Source: Squalus acanthias (lineage: Eukaryota). Taken from it: DNA of 64,000 bases. The stretch is taken from contig CM059432.1 in NCBI GenBank assembly GCA_030390025.1, positions 23,934,001 through 23,998,000 of the forward strand. The letters are read 5' to 3'. A model generated the notes under the pieces. It had not been told where the DNA came from and ran no database searches. It saw only the letters and a list, made by a program, of their open reading frames with translations. The position numbers and the translations under genes are program-made. Of this stretch, positions 36,961-49,604 are shown piece after piece; position 1 is the stretch's first letter; each line of letters starts with the position of its first letter.

Positions 36961-37736
36961 CTCATTCTATCTTTAAGAAACACCCAAGATAGACGCCAGA
37001 ATATGTGTAATCATTTGCTTAAACCATGCTACCAGTTCTACATTTTGAGTATGTGGGTCTTAGACCAGCATCATTGATAATAGCAACTTGAAAAGAATAT
37101 AACTATAACAGCAATGTCACAAAATCTCTGATAACGAGCACAGCTAATGATGGACAATCAATAATTATGGAGGAGAGCAAGAAATTGAAACGTTATTTGA
37201 GCTTTTTCCAACAGATGAAATTTAAGTTGGAAAACCTGATGCTTGAAGTGGGAAGTGGAGGGAAGCAAAGTGGGGGGAGGGGATGAATAACTGTTTAACA
37301 CTTCATATCATTTGTCCCTGGCCAAAGTATAATACACCACAGAAAGATGCTGCGAATTTGCTTAAATTAATCAATTGATAGTTATTCTTTATTTACCTTT
37401 TTTTCCCCAATTTCTCCTCTCAACCCTTCCTGGGATATATTTCCAAAGGCAACAACCCAGTTGGCATTTCTCATCTGTTAATCTAGACAGTGAGGGAGCG
37501 ATATTGGTATGTGGCGCAGATCGCCCGATGACATCCATAGGAGGACAGATTGACTTTGATAGTGGGGTCTCATTTGCATTGACCAGGCAAGCTGCCAGAG
37601 CTAATCATGCTGCTTATAGGCAGCTCACTGTTTGGGAAATCGGGAAATCCGGCAAGCCACTTAAGGCAGCCTTAAACGGGAGATGCACTTTTCAAAGTTG
37701 GTCAGTGGACAGCGTGTTACTGAGGCAGCAGGTAGC

Positions 37737-37968
37737 ATGATGTCGGTCAGAGCACCCCAATTCTCCAATGCAGCCATAGAGGTGCTGATGGGGAAAGTGA
37801 GGAAGAGAAAGAATGTTCTCTTTCCTTCATCTAGGCAACGGTGCCCTGGAATATTAGTTAGCAGTGGTGGAGAGAAGTGACTGGAGAGAGCAAGGACAAT
37901 AGCATGGTTCCTAGAACCCCTGTCTACAGTGCAGGAAGAAATTTAATGACCTTACCTGGATTACCAAG
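37737..37968 (+). pseudogene. Harbinger Myb/SANT-like DNA-binding gene, exon 1 (frameshifted)
   Basis: RAPQFSNAAIEVLMGKVRKRKNVLFP ... SMVPRT ... QCRKKFNDLTWITK, then donor aag|gtaag. Confidence 0.8.
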
Positions 37969-38209
37969 GTAAGACTCCTCTTCACATCTCACTGAATCTC
38001 TACGCAGCCCTGCAACATCAGACTTTAGCTCCAACATTAGCAATCCTTCCATCCCCGCTTCACAAGTTTCTCTTCCAATCACAACTGGACAATTTACTAC
38101 ACCTCCTTCTGCTTGTACTCAACACACTCAACACCTGCTACTGCTCCCACAATGACTCCCCTCTCTTGCCCACACATGCTGATTTTTCCTTTGAGCATGC
38201 ACACTATGT

Positions 38210-41200
38210 GGCCCTGGGTGGAGACTGAGCGCAGAGACCAAGGATTTAAGGAGCGGGGAGAGAGAGAAGTAAAAAGTAATCGAAGTGTGATGTCACCAGA
38301 AAGCAGGGAAGTGATTGGTTGATGAGTATTTCTCTGGTTGGTGAGTATTTCTCTCTTTCTCACTTTTTTCCAAACTTAAATTTTGTGGTTTATAGTTTCT
38401 AGGGTCTCTGTTGTGTAGCAGGGAGTGCTAGTAAACAAGGGACCTTGAGTATATCATTTCATTGTCGTGTAATTAGTGGTATTGATTTGATTTAATTTAA
38501 TTTGAATTAATTAAAGGGTAAGCACAGCTCAGCCCCGTGGCATGCTCCTCCTGCACTATGTTGGAAATCAGGGTGTCCCTGACGACCATGTGTGCGGGAA
38601 GTGTATCCAGCTGCAGCTACTGGCAGACCGCATTGTGGCGCTGGAGCTGCGAATGGATACATACTGGAGCATTTGTGATGCTCAGGACATCGTGGATAGC
38701 ACATTTAGGGAGTTGGTCACACCGCAGGTAAACGCTGCACAGGTAGGAAGGGAATGGGGTCCCCTGTGGCCATCCCCCTCTCAAACAGATATACCGCTTT
38801 GGATATTGTTGGGGGAGATGGCTTATCGGGGGAAGGCAGCAGTAGCCAACTTCCTGGCACCATGGGCGGTTCTGCTGCACAGGATGGGAGGAAAAAGAGC
38901 GGGAGAGCTATACTGATAGGGGGTTCTATTGTAAGGGGAATAGATAGGCGTTTCTGCGACCGCAAACGAGACTCCAGGATGGTATGTTGCCTCCCTGGTG
39001 CAAGGGTCAAGGATGTCTCAGAGCGGCTGCAGGGCATTCTGGAGGGGGAGGGTGAATAGCCAGCTGTCGTGGTGCATATAGGTATCAACGATATAGGTAA
39101 AAAATGGGATGAGGTCCCAAAAGCTGAATGTAGGGAGTTACGAGGTAAATTAAAAAATAGGACCTCAAAGGTAGTAATCTCAGGATTGCTACCAGTGCCA
39201 CGTGCTAGTCAGAGTAGAAATAGAAGGATATTTCAGATGAATACGTGGCTAGAGGAATGGTGCAAGGGGGAGGGATTCAAATTCCTGGGACATTGGAACC
39301 GGTTCTGGGGGAGGTGGGACCAGTACAAACTGGACGGTTTGCACCTGGGCAGGACCGGGACCGATGTTCTAGGGGGAGTGTTTGCTAGTGCTGTTGGGGA
39401 GGGTTAAACCAAAATGGCAGGGGGTTGGGAACCTGTGCAGGGAGACAGAGGAAAGGGAAGCAAGGATAGAAGCAAAAGACAGGAAGGAGAAAAGCAAAAG
39501 TGGAAGGCAGAGAAATCAAGTGTGTAAATCAAACAGGGCCACAGTAAATAATAATTCTAAAAGGACTAAGAGTGTTAAAAAAACAAGCCTGAAGGCTTTG
39601 TGTCTTTGTAATAAGGTGGATGAATTAGCTGCGCAAATAGATGTAAAAGGATATGATATAATTGGGATTATGGAGACATGGCTCCAGGGAGACCAAGGCT
39701 GGGAATTCAACATCCAGGGGTATTCAATATTCAGGAAGGACAGTCAAAAAGGAAAAGGAGGTGGGGTAGCATTGCTGGTTAAAGAGGAGATTAACACAAT
39801 AGTAAGGAAGGATATTAGCTCTGATGATGTGGAATCTGTATGGGTGGAGCTGAGAAATACCAAGGGGCAGAAAACATTAGTGGAGTGGTATATAGACCCC
39901 CAAACAATAATGCTGAGGTTGGGGATGGCATTAAATGGGTAATTAGAGCCGCGTACAATAAGGGCACAGCAGTTATCATGGGTGACTTTAATCTACATAT
40001 AGATTGGGCTAACCAAATTAGTAACAATACTGTGGAGAAGGAATTCCTAGAGTGTATGCGGGATGGTTTCCTGGACCAATATGTCGAGGAACCAACTAGA
40101 GATCAGGCCATCTTAGGCTGGGTATGATGTAATGATAAAGGATTGATTAGCAATCTTGTTGTGCGAGGCCCCTTGGGGAGGAGCAATCATAATATGATAG
40201 GATTCTTCATTAAGATGGAGAGTGAAGTAGTTGACTCAGAGATTAGGGTCCTGAATTTAAATAAAGGAAACTATGATGGTATGAGGCGCGAGTTGGCGAG
40301 GATGGATTGGGGAACGTTACTTAAAGAGTTGACGGTGGATAGGCAATGGCAAACATTTAAAGATCGCATGGATGAAATACAGAATTTGTTCATCCCTGTC
40401 TGGCATAAAAATAAAACAAAAAAGGTGGTGCAACCGTGGCTAACAAGGGAAATTAGGGATAGCATAAAATCCAAGGAGAGAACATATAAATTGGCCAGAA
40501 AAAGCAGCAAACCTGAAGATTGGGAGCAGTTTAGGATTCAGCAAAGGAGGACAAAGGGATTAATTAAGAGGGGGAAAATAGAGTATGAGAATAAGCTTGC
40601 AGGGAACATAAAAACTGACTGTAAAAGCTTCTATAGGTATGTGAAGAGAAAAAGATTGGTGAAGTCAAGCGTAAATCCCTTGCAGTCAGAATCAGGGGAA
40701 TTTATAATGGGGAACAAAGAAATGGCTGACCAATTAAATACATACTTTGGTTCTGTCTTCACAAAGGAGGACACAAATAACCTCCCAGAGATGTCAAGGA
40801 ACATCGGGTCTAATGAGAGGGAGGAACTGAATGAAATCAGTATTTGCAGGGAAATGGTGTTAGGGAAATTGATGGGATTAAAGGCCGATAAATCCCCAGG
40901 GCCTGATAATCTACATCCTAGGGTACTTAAGGAAGTGGTCCTAGAAATAGTAGATGCATTGCTGGTCATCTCCAAAATTCTATGGACTCTGGCACAGTTC
41001 CCATGGATTGGAGGGTAGCTAATGTAACCCCACTATTTAAAAAGGGTGGTAGAGAGAAAACGGGGAATTATAGACCGGTAAGCCTGACATCGGTAGTGGG
41101 GAAAATGCTAGAGTCCATTATAAAAGATGTAATAGCAGAGCACTTGGAAAACAGTGACAGGATCGGACAAAGTCAACATGGATTTACAAAAGGTAAATCG

Positions 41201-42472
41201 TGCTTGACTAATCTACTGGAATTTTTTGAGGATGTAACTGGTAGAACAGATAAGGGAGAACCAGTGGATGTGGTGTATTTGGACTTTCAGAAGGCTTTCG
41301 ATAAGGTCCCGCATAAGAGATTAGCGTGTAAAGTTAAAGCACATGGGATTGGGGTTAAGGTACTGACTTGGATAGAGAACTAGTTGGCAGACAGGAAGCA
41401 AAGAGTTGGAGTAAACGGATCTTTTTCCAAGTGGCAGGCAGTGACTAGTGGGGTACCGCAGGGATCGGTGCTAGGACCCCAGCTATTCACAATATATATT
41501 AATGATCTAGACGAGGGAACTAGATGTAATATCTCCAAGTTTGCAGACAACACAAAGCTGTGTGGGCATATGTGCTGTGAGGAGGATGCCGAGAAACTCC
41601 AGTATGATTTGGACAGGTTGGGTGATTGGGCAGATGCATGGCAGATGCAGTATAATGTGGATAAATGCGAGGTTATCCACTTTGGTGGCAAAAACAGGAA
41701 GACAGATTATTATCTGAACGGCAATAGATTGGGAGAAGGGGAAGAGCAACGAGACCTGGGTGTCCTTGTGCACCAGTCGCTGAAGGTTAGCATGCAGGTG
41801 CAGCAGGCGGTTTAGAAGGCAAATGGTATGTTGGCCTTCATAGCGAGAGGATTCCAGTACAGGAGCAAGGATGTCTTGCTGCAGTTGTACAGGGCCTTGG
41901 TGAGACCACACCTTGAGTATTGTGTGCAGTTTTGGTCGCCTTATCTGAGGAAGGATGTTCTTGCCATGGAGAGAGTGCAGCGAAGATTCACCAGCCTGAT
42001 ACCTGGGATGGCAGGAATGATGTATGAGGAGCGATTGGGTCGATTGAGCTTATATTCGCTGGAGTTTAGAAGCATGAGAAGGGATCTGATTGAAACTTAT
42101 AAAATTCTAACAGGACTAGACAGACTAGATGCAGGAAGGATGTTCCTGATGGCGGGGCAGTCCAGAACCAGGGGTCACAGTCTAAAGATAAGGGGTAAGC
42201 CATTTAGGACTGAGATGAGGAGGAATTTCTTCACCCAGAGAGTGGTGAACCTTTGGAATTCTCTACCACAGAAGGCAGTTGAGGTCAATTCATTAAATAT
42301 ATTCAAGAAGGAGTTAGATATATTTCTTAAGGCTAAAGGGATCAAGGGATATGGGGAGAAAGCAGGGACAGGGTACTAATTTTGGATGATCAGCCATGAT
42401 CTTATTAAATGGCGGAGCAGGCTCGAGGGGCCGAATGGCCTACTCCTGCTCCTATCTTCTATGTTTCTATGT
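38210..42472 (+). mobile_element. Full-length CR1 LINE (ORF1 and ORF2 broken by stops/frameshifts) in intron 1 of the Myb gene
   Basis: ORF1 CSSC/CGKC, LPGARVKD, DGLHL. APE ETWL, YRPP, GDFN. RT DFQKAFDKV, GVPQGSVLGP. The tail is ttctatgt, and ctatgt also occurs at 38204-38209. Confidence 0.95.
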
Positions 42473-42542
42473 TAAAGTGCCTCACACATTTTCAGAACCC
42501 TTCAACAGGGCACACGCTAACCTATTTCCACTCTTCCCACTG

Positions 42543-42700
42543 GAGAAGCTGACACACAATCAGAACAAGACCTCAAGAACATGAGGAGGCCCTGCTACAT
42601 TGCAACTTTGACTCCAAAGGAGGACGCCACTATCAAAATCATTGGCACAGAGAGGGCACGCAGCACTGGAGATGGTAAAGCTGGAGTCCACGCACAAATG
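42543..42700 (+). pseudogene. Harbinger Myb/SANT-like gene, exon 2
   Basis: Branch point gctaac, pyrimidine tract and mutated acceptor (ctg). Translation EKLTHNQNKTSRT*GGPA...LTPKEDATIKIIG matches the TGGG motif that follows Harbinger Myb domains. Confidence 0.7.
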
Positions 42701-43484
42701 GCTGTTGGGAATTATCCCTTCCTTTTCTCCTACCACTTCACTCTGTCTCACAGACACACACACACACATATACACACACAAAACAACCTGATGCAGCATT
42801 GCACTACCTACATCTGCTACTACTTACCCTTGATCTTATGTTCTAACCCTTGTCCCTCTGCTATATTTTTTAGGTCCTTCAGATGACGTGGGGAGGCCTG
42901 CAACCATACAGACAGAGGTAGACAACCCTCCCAAAGATACACCATCACTAACTGTTACCCTTCCATGCACCAGCACAGAAATTGCCAACCAGTGTGTTAT
43001 GGATACTGAATAAGAGGGGTAATTCACAAACCTAAATGAGCAGGAGCAGGTACAGGTAGAAAGGGCAGCCCAGGAAATAGATCGCTGGAGGGAAAGTTTG
43101 CATCCTAGCCCTACTGAAGAGGACAGAGATATAGATGTTTAGGGGCCCAGCCTTTAAAAGAAAAGTATGTTCCCTGTACCAGCAATTGTTGAATATATTA
43201 GACTAACTACTAGAGAGCTACTGCAACATAACAAAAATTGGAGAGGAGTCCACTACTAACTTGAGTGGGGTTCTGGCGCATGGCATTGATACTCTACAGT
43301 CAACCACGGACTGTGTTGTCACCTAAATGGACGCTACAGCTGGGCCTTTCTTGCGCAAGTAGTAACAATCTCTCAGGGATGATCATACGGGGCCATACAG
43401 GCTTTGGTTTCAACCATCTCCTCCGTCTTGGACAGGCTGGGAGAATGAGTGAATAGGGGCTTCAGTCAGCTCACAGATCTCCTA

Positions 43485-44368
43485 CCGAGAAACTCCAGGA
43501 TGATCTGGACAGGTTGGGTGAGTGGGCAGAAGCGTGGCAGATGTAAATATAACGTGGATAAATGCGAGGTTGTCCACTTTGGTGTCAAAAACAGGAAGGC
43601 AGATTATTATCTGAATGGCAATAGATTGGGAGAAGGGGAAGTGCAACGAGACCTGGGTGTCCTTGTGCACCAGTCGCTGAAGGTAAGCATGCAGGTGCAG
43701 CAGGCAGTGAAGAAGGCAAATGGTATGTTGGCCTTCATAGCGAAAGGGTTTGAGTATAGGAACAGGGATGTCCTGCTGCAGTTGTACAGGGCCTTGGTGA
43801 GACCACACCTTGAATACTGTGTGCAGTTTTGGTCGCCTTATCTGAGGAAGGATGTTCTTGCCATGGAAGGAGTTCAGCGAAGATTCACAAGGCTGATACC
43901 TGGGATGGCAGGAATGACATATGAGGAGAGATTGGGTTGATTGGGCTTATACTCGCTGGAGTATAGAAGAATGAGAGGGGATCTCATCGAAACATATAAA
44001 ATTCTGACAGGTCTGGACAAACTAGATGCAGGAAGAATGTTTCCGATGGTCGGAGAGTCCAGAACCAGGGGTCATAATCTAAGGATAAGGGGTGAGCCAT
44101 TTAGGACAGAAATGAGGAAGAATTTCTTCACCCAGAGAGTGGTGAACCTGTGGAATTCTCTACCACAGAAGGTAGTTGAGGCCAAGTCATTAAATATATT
44201 CAAGAATGAGTTAGATATATTTCTTAAAGCTAAAGGTATCAAGGGATATGGGGAGAAGGCAGGTACAGGTACTGAGTTTGGATGATCAGCCATGATCTCA
44301 TCGAATGGCGGAGCAGGCTCGAGGGGCCGAATGGCCTCCTCCTGCTCCTATCTTCTACGTTTCTATGT
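43485..44368 (+). mobile_element. CR1 3' fragment (same family as 38210-42472) within the Myb gene
   Basis: ORFs 43449-43940 and 43941-44285. cagtcagctc is repeated on both flanks. Confidence 0.95.
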
Positions 44369-44959
44369 TACAGTCAGCTCTCACACGGATCAGTGGGAGT
44401 GCTGAGCTGCAGCCCAATAGCAGAGGCAGTCGTGCAATGAGAGTGGAACATATGCCCTCTTTCAGGATGACAACGTGTCTGCATGCTCGCCACTCGCTCA
44501 ACCAACGTTCACCTTAATACCAGAAAGCTGTCTGGGCTAGACTGCCCCGGCAGTCACCAAGTTTCTGCAATCTGCAGCCAGGCCCTCACAGACTTGAGAT
44601 CTTAGAAACCACTTACTATAATCAGATCTCTTACCTGGGTCACAGCAACCTACCGTCCATGCTGAAGCCACTGGGGGAACACCTCATAAAAGCACTAAAG
44701 TAAGTAAAAGTGCCCATAAGACAGGCACTATGGGTTCAAACCAGAGTGAACATTAGCGTGTAAGTGTTTGTGATAACCAGAAAAATGATAAACCACTTTG
44801 AAATATTTGTGTGCAGAGTGTTCTTGCTGTGGCTCGTGATCATGCAATGTCAGGTGACATGAATATCAGTGTTGGTCTTTGGGCAGATGTAGTTTATTGG
44901 AAATAGAAGCATTCAGATAGATGTTAAGATATATGTTAATGCAGGGCAGCAGGGATCGT

Positions 44960-45155
44960 TCAGTAGTCTTCAATAAGCTGCTGCCAAATAGCTGTGATTG
45001 ATGGCAGGTTTTGGAGCCCTCCCATTGCGTCACCATCCTATGTCATCGACCTCATCTTACTGAAGCTCCTCATCCAATGGTGGCTCCATGTGTAGTCTCT
45101 TTTGCAGAGCAATGTTAATTAGCATACAGCAAACCACTATCATAAGCAAAACTCT
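44960..45155 (-). pseudogene. Harbinger DDE transposase, C-terminal part
   Basis: Minus strand reads RVLLMIVVCCMLINIALQKR, matching the Harbinger/HARBI1-type I..CC.LHN motif. Confidence 0.75.
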
Positions 45156-45844
45156 GGGCCCGATTTTAACTGCCCCCGCCCGGCAGAAATCGGGCAGAGG
45201 GGCAGTTAAAATCAGGCCAGTCACTTACCCTCTCTGATCCCGCTGCCTTCCCACCATGTCCCGATCTTCACCTGCTCTTTTGAGCAGGTGATCGAGACAC
45301 CCACAGGAAGGAAGAGGGGTCCTTCTTTAAATATATAGATCGGGTATGGTAATGTCATCGCGACCCGACTGCAATATTAGTTGAAGGCCTGAGTGGGGGG
45401 AGCAGTGACGGCTTACCCATCAGGCCAAACCTGTCAGGAGGGGGATCATGGACTAGAAAAGGCCCAGCAGGTAAGTGTGAAAAATATTATTTTAGATTTC
45501 CATGTGGGCCAGGATGGGCAAGAATGCTCCTCCAGGCCTCACAAGGAAGCCTTGGGCCTCGTTTGCTCCGGGCTTCCGCCCCCCCCCACCCCCAACGATG
45601 GCGACCAGAGACCCCCCCTCAACTAACTGCCGCGGGCTGTTACCATGGGACCCCGACTGCGGCCTCCTGCTGCCGAATTCCCGCTCACGCTTGCCAGCCA
45701 GGTAGTGGATCTGGCCAGGTTTGGGCAGAACTCTGGGAAAATTTATTGAAATGAAGCCAAAATGAAAAGGCATAGGCATGGCAGATTGAGTTCAATGCGG
45801 AGAAGTGTGAAGTGGTGCACTTTGGGAGGACTAATATGGAAAAG

Positions 45845-46315
45845 AAGAAAAGAAAGACTTGCATTTATATAGCGCCTTTCATGACCACCGGACGTCTCAA
45901 AGCGCTTTTCAGCCAATGCAGTACTTTTGGAGTGTAGTCACTGTTGCAATGTGGGAAACGCGGCAGCCAATTTGCGCGCAGCAAGTTCCCACAAACAACA
46001 ATGTGATAATGACCAGATAATTTCTGTTTTTGTTATGTTGGTTGAGGGAGAAATATTGGCCAGGACACCGGGGATATCTCCCCTGCTCTTCTTCAAAATA
46101 GTGCCACGGGATCTTTTACGTCCACCTAAGAGGGCAGACGGGGCCTCGGTTTGACATCTCATCCGAAAGACGGCACCTCTGACAGTGCAGTGCTCCCTCA
46201 GCACTGCACTGGAGTGTCAGCCTAGATTTATGTGCTCAAGTCTCTGGAGTGGGACTTGAACCCACAACCTTCTAGACTCAGAGGTGAGTGTGCTACCAGC
46301 TGAGTCACAGCTGAC
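45845..46315 (-). mobile_element. Full-length DeuSINE (SacSINE1-like)
   Basis: Close reverse complement of 4782-5257. Confidence 0.92.
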
Positions 46316-46807
46316 AAAAAAAAGACAGTATACTATAAATGGCACGATTTTGAGAAGCGTAGACGAGCAGAGAGACCTTGGTGTCCAAATACACAAATCC
46401 TTAAAGGCAGTTGATAAGGTGGTTAAAAAAGCATATGTTTTACTTGGGTTTATAATAGTGGCATAGAATATAACAGCGAAGAGATCATGTTAGAACTTTA
46501 TATATCATTGGTTACGCCTCAAAAGAAAAAGAAAAAAAGAAAAGCTTCAGCTGGAATATCGTGGACAATTCTGGGCACCACACTTCAGCAAAGATGGGAA
46601 GGCCTTACAAAGGGTACAAAGGAGGTTTACCAGGATGTTACCAGGGATGAGGGACCTCAGTTGGAAGGAGAGGCTGGAAACGTTAGGACTGTTCTCCTTG
46701 GAACAGAGAAGGTTAAGAGGTGACCTAATAGAGGTTTTCAAGATGATGAGAGGTTTTGATAGAGGAGAGAGAGAAAAACTATTCCCTCTGGCGAGTGGAT
46801 CAATAAC

Positions 46808-47123
46808 CAGAATCACAGAATCCCCACAGTGCAGATAGAGGCCATTTCGGCCCATCGAGCCTGCACCGACACATATCCCACCCTATCCCCGTAACCCCAC
46901 GTATTTAATCCCCCTAACACTAAGGGTCAATTTATCATAGCCAAATCAATCTAACCCGCACATCTTTGGACTGTGGGAGGAAATCGGAGCACCCGGAGGA
47001 AACCCACGCAGACACGGGGAGAATGTGCAAACTCCACACAGACAGTCACCTGAGGCCGGCTTCGAATCCGGGTCCCTGGCGCTGTGAGGCAACAGTGCTA
47101 ACCACTATGCCACCGTGTTGCCC
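46808..47123 (-). mobile_element. HE1/V-SINE
   Basis: tRNA head, V domain and CR1-type tail gattctgtgattctg. Confidence 0.92.
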
Positions 47124-47496
47124 AGAGGTCATAGATTTAAAATCATTGGCAAAAGATCTAGAGGGGAGATAAGGAGAATCTTTTTCACTCAGAGAATTGT
47201 CGGGATCTGGAATTCTCTATCTGTAAAGGTGGTGGAAACTGATTCCATAAATCATTTTAAAAGGGAGTTGGACAGGTACTTGAGGATGAGGGAAAAGCGG
47301 GGGTGTGGGAATAAGCATGACTGCCCTTTCAAAGGGCCAGCTCAGGCACAATGGGCCGAATGGCCTCCTTCTGTACTGTAAGTTTCTATGATTCTATGAA
47401 GATCGGCTGGGGCTCCACATCCCCGAACTTCCTGGGTGCGCCACCATTTTTGGGGCTCGCAGGTACCTTAACCGACCCCGCTTTAAAATTGAAGTC

Positions 47497-48320
47497 TCTT
47501 TGTGGCTGTACTGATTGATGCCACCAGGCCTGTCCTGGCAGCGAAATCAGTGTTTGAGGACTGTTTGATGAGGGTTCTAGTTCAGGCATGGATCTGATTG
47601 GAGCGCAGTTCGGCTGCCAAGCGTATATTGCTGAGAAGGAAAGGAGTCATGAACCAAGTGTGCAAGGGATAGCCCTTGTCGACAAGCAGCCGACCCCTCA
47701 CTTGTGATGTAGGGCAAAGAGTGGGGAGATGGAAGATTGCCACAATGTCAAACCATCATGACAGATGCCAGGAAAGTGGGCGCATGATGTGCTGCTGGTG
47801 ATTTCACACCAGTTGCGCTTTAATGAGGCGATGAAGTCGAATCTATTCATGAAAGCAGTGGGCACGTCTGAGGGAGCCTGTAGTGTAACATGGACGCCGT
47901 CAATAAGACCCTGAAATTTGGGGAAGCCAAATTTGGGGAATTGACGCAAAAATGGCATTGGGAGTCCTGGCAATATCAGTTGACGCCTGTTTGAATATTT
48001 TAATTGGGCTCCTTCCTGTTTCCAGTGGAAGTGCTGGCTGGCTAAATCGAGGCTCCAGCAGTAAGTCAACAGTGTATTTCTTTTACCAAAGCAAAATACT
48101 GCGGATGCTGGAAATCTGAAATAAAAACAGAAAATGCTGGAAATACTCAGCAGGTCAGGCAGCATCAAATGCTGCCTGACCTGCTGAGTATTTCCAGCAT
48201 TTTCTGTTCTTATTTTAGTGTATTTCTTTTTCCCGATTGGCATCTCACTACCATGCCCTGTACAGGTGTAAACGAGGCTGCAGTGAGACGAAAATCGAGT
48301 ATCCACAGGCTATTTGACCA
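47497..48320 (-). pseudogene. Harbinger DDE transposase (DDE_Tnp_4-like), catalytic core, decayed
   Basis: GFPKFQGLIDGVHV, CAHFPGICHD, GRLLVDKGYPLHTWFMTP, and FRCQDRPGGINQYS. Confidence 0.88.
48085..48216. mobile_element. Palindromic Penelope-like insertion
   Basis: Arms 48116-48165 / 48169-48218 with loop caa. Flanking 14-bp direct repeat agtgtatttctttt (48071-84, 48217-30). Confidence 0.65.
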
Positions 48321-49604
48321 TGGTGGGAGGTGCAGAGGCTTGTTCTGTTCTCACCCAACATCCACATACTCGCACTTGCCACAAGAAATGAATTGTTTGT
48401 GATCAAAAGTGAGAACGCTGGCTGATTTTTCCCTTTCTTAGTATGAAAGCGATAGTGTTACTGTGACTGAAAACAGCGAACTCACCACAGACAGGACGTC
48501 AAAACTGATCTCTACAGCCTTGTTCTATAGCCTAGACTTACCATCTGCTCTATTGGGGGACAAAAGGCATTCATACAATGACAGACGTCTCTAATTAACA
48601 TTGGCAAATAAGCAAATGTTAGGGATGTAGTTCTACAATGAATACTGGCGTGGATGGCATAACAAGATGGAGTTTGATTGGGAAAACATCATTCAGTTCC
48701 TACTTGAGACTTGAAATTAGCAAACCAAATAAGCAAAACCTCATTGTCCAGCAACTGAAATGTCACTATAAGAAGTTAATCTTGAAAGTTGTGGTCTTAT
48801 CTTTTATTTTGTTTGAGAAGGTATTAACATTTAAAAACTGCTGAATTGCCAGGAATCTGTATATAGCAGACTATTTTTTATAAAGCCTGTGATAAGGTTA
48901 ATTTATCAGCTTCAAAATGTCTCTGAAAAAAATGGAATCATGTTAAAACATAACAATGTCAGGATTTTTAGGAATAGGAAAAGGCTGATAGGTCCAACAA
49001 GCCTGTCCCTTGTTGCTGGATCAGTTTTAATGGCTGGTACATCATTGTGGGGATATTGGGGACCCAGCTGAATTCTTGACATGTGCTCCTGGTGGGCACG
49101 GCTCCTCATTGTACAGATGAGTACAAATTCAAAATATTACCCCTTGTGCCTCTCAATCTCTCTCTCTTCAGAAGCCGACTTAATCTTCTCTTGAATGCAT
49201 TTGTACTGTCTACATCATTGCTCTTCTCTGCTATCTTATTCCACAAGCCTGTGACCCTTTAGTTTTAAATTTATGAAAATTAGTTTAAAGCCATCAAATT
49301 CACAAAATAAATTGTCAAATTTAATAAGAGGTTACAGTTATGCCATAGTAGTTCAGCATTAACCGACTTGCTGATTATAAATTTACAGTTGAGATCAGTG
49401 TCTGAGATTGATCTAATCTGATTAATTTAGAATTAGACTCCTTAGATATCTGACAAGTTAATAGCATTAGATAGCCAACTTATTGGATAGATTAAAGTCT
49501 CTGCGCTCGTAGCTAGCAATGTTTTCAGAACTTAGATGACCTCATCCTTATGAGTTTGCATAGTTTAGCTGGTTGCCTTGCCTTCCACTGGAATAAATGT
49601 TTTT

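Larger units (their letters stand above)
45775..47400 (+). mobile_element. CR1 3' fragment interrupted by a DeuSINE and an HE1 SINE
   Basis: WQIEFNAEKCEVVHFG ... LGLFSLEQRRLRGDLIEVFK ... FFTQRIVGIWNSL, with an (tatgattc) tail. Confidence 0.9.
45156..47496. mobile_element. Harbinger-type MITE inserted in the transposase and containing CR1 plus SINEs
   Basis: Ends gggcccgattttaa / ttaaaattgaagtc and TSD tct (45153-55, 47497-99). Removing it rejoins the transposase. Confidence 0.75.
37490..48400. mobile_element. Fossil autonomous-type PIF/Harbinger transposon fragmented by nested insertions (outer ends approximate)
   Basis: Convergent Myb/SANT gene (plus) and DDE transposase (minus), the canonical two-gene Harbinger layout. 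Confidence 0.8.

Noticed and set aside
37683..37968. NAIF1/MSANTD-like host gene
   Set aside because: It has frameshifts, a stop in exon 2 and a mutated acceptor, and it lies convergent to a transposase.
47698..48306. 202-aa ORF as a domesticated HARBI1-like host gene
   Set aside because: The ORF is a chimera that reads through the palindromic insertion. The transposase has frameshifts, stops and nested TEs, so it is a dead transposon.
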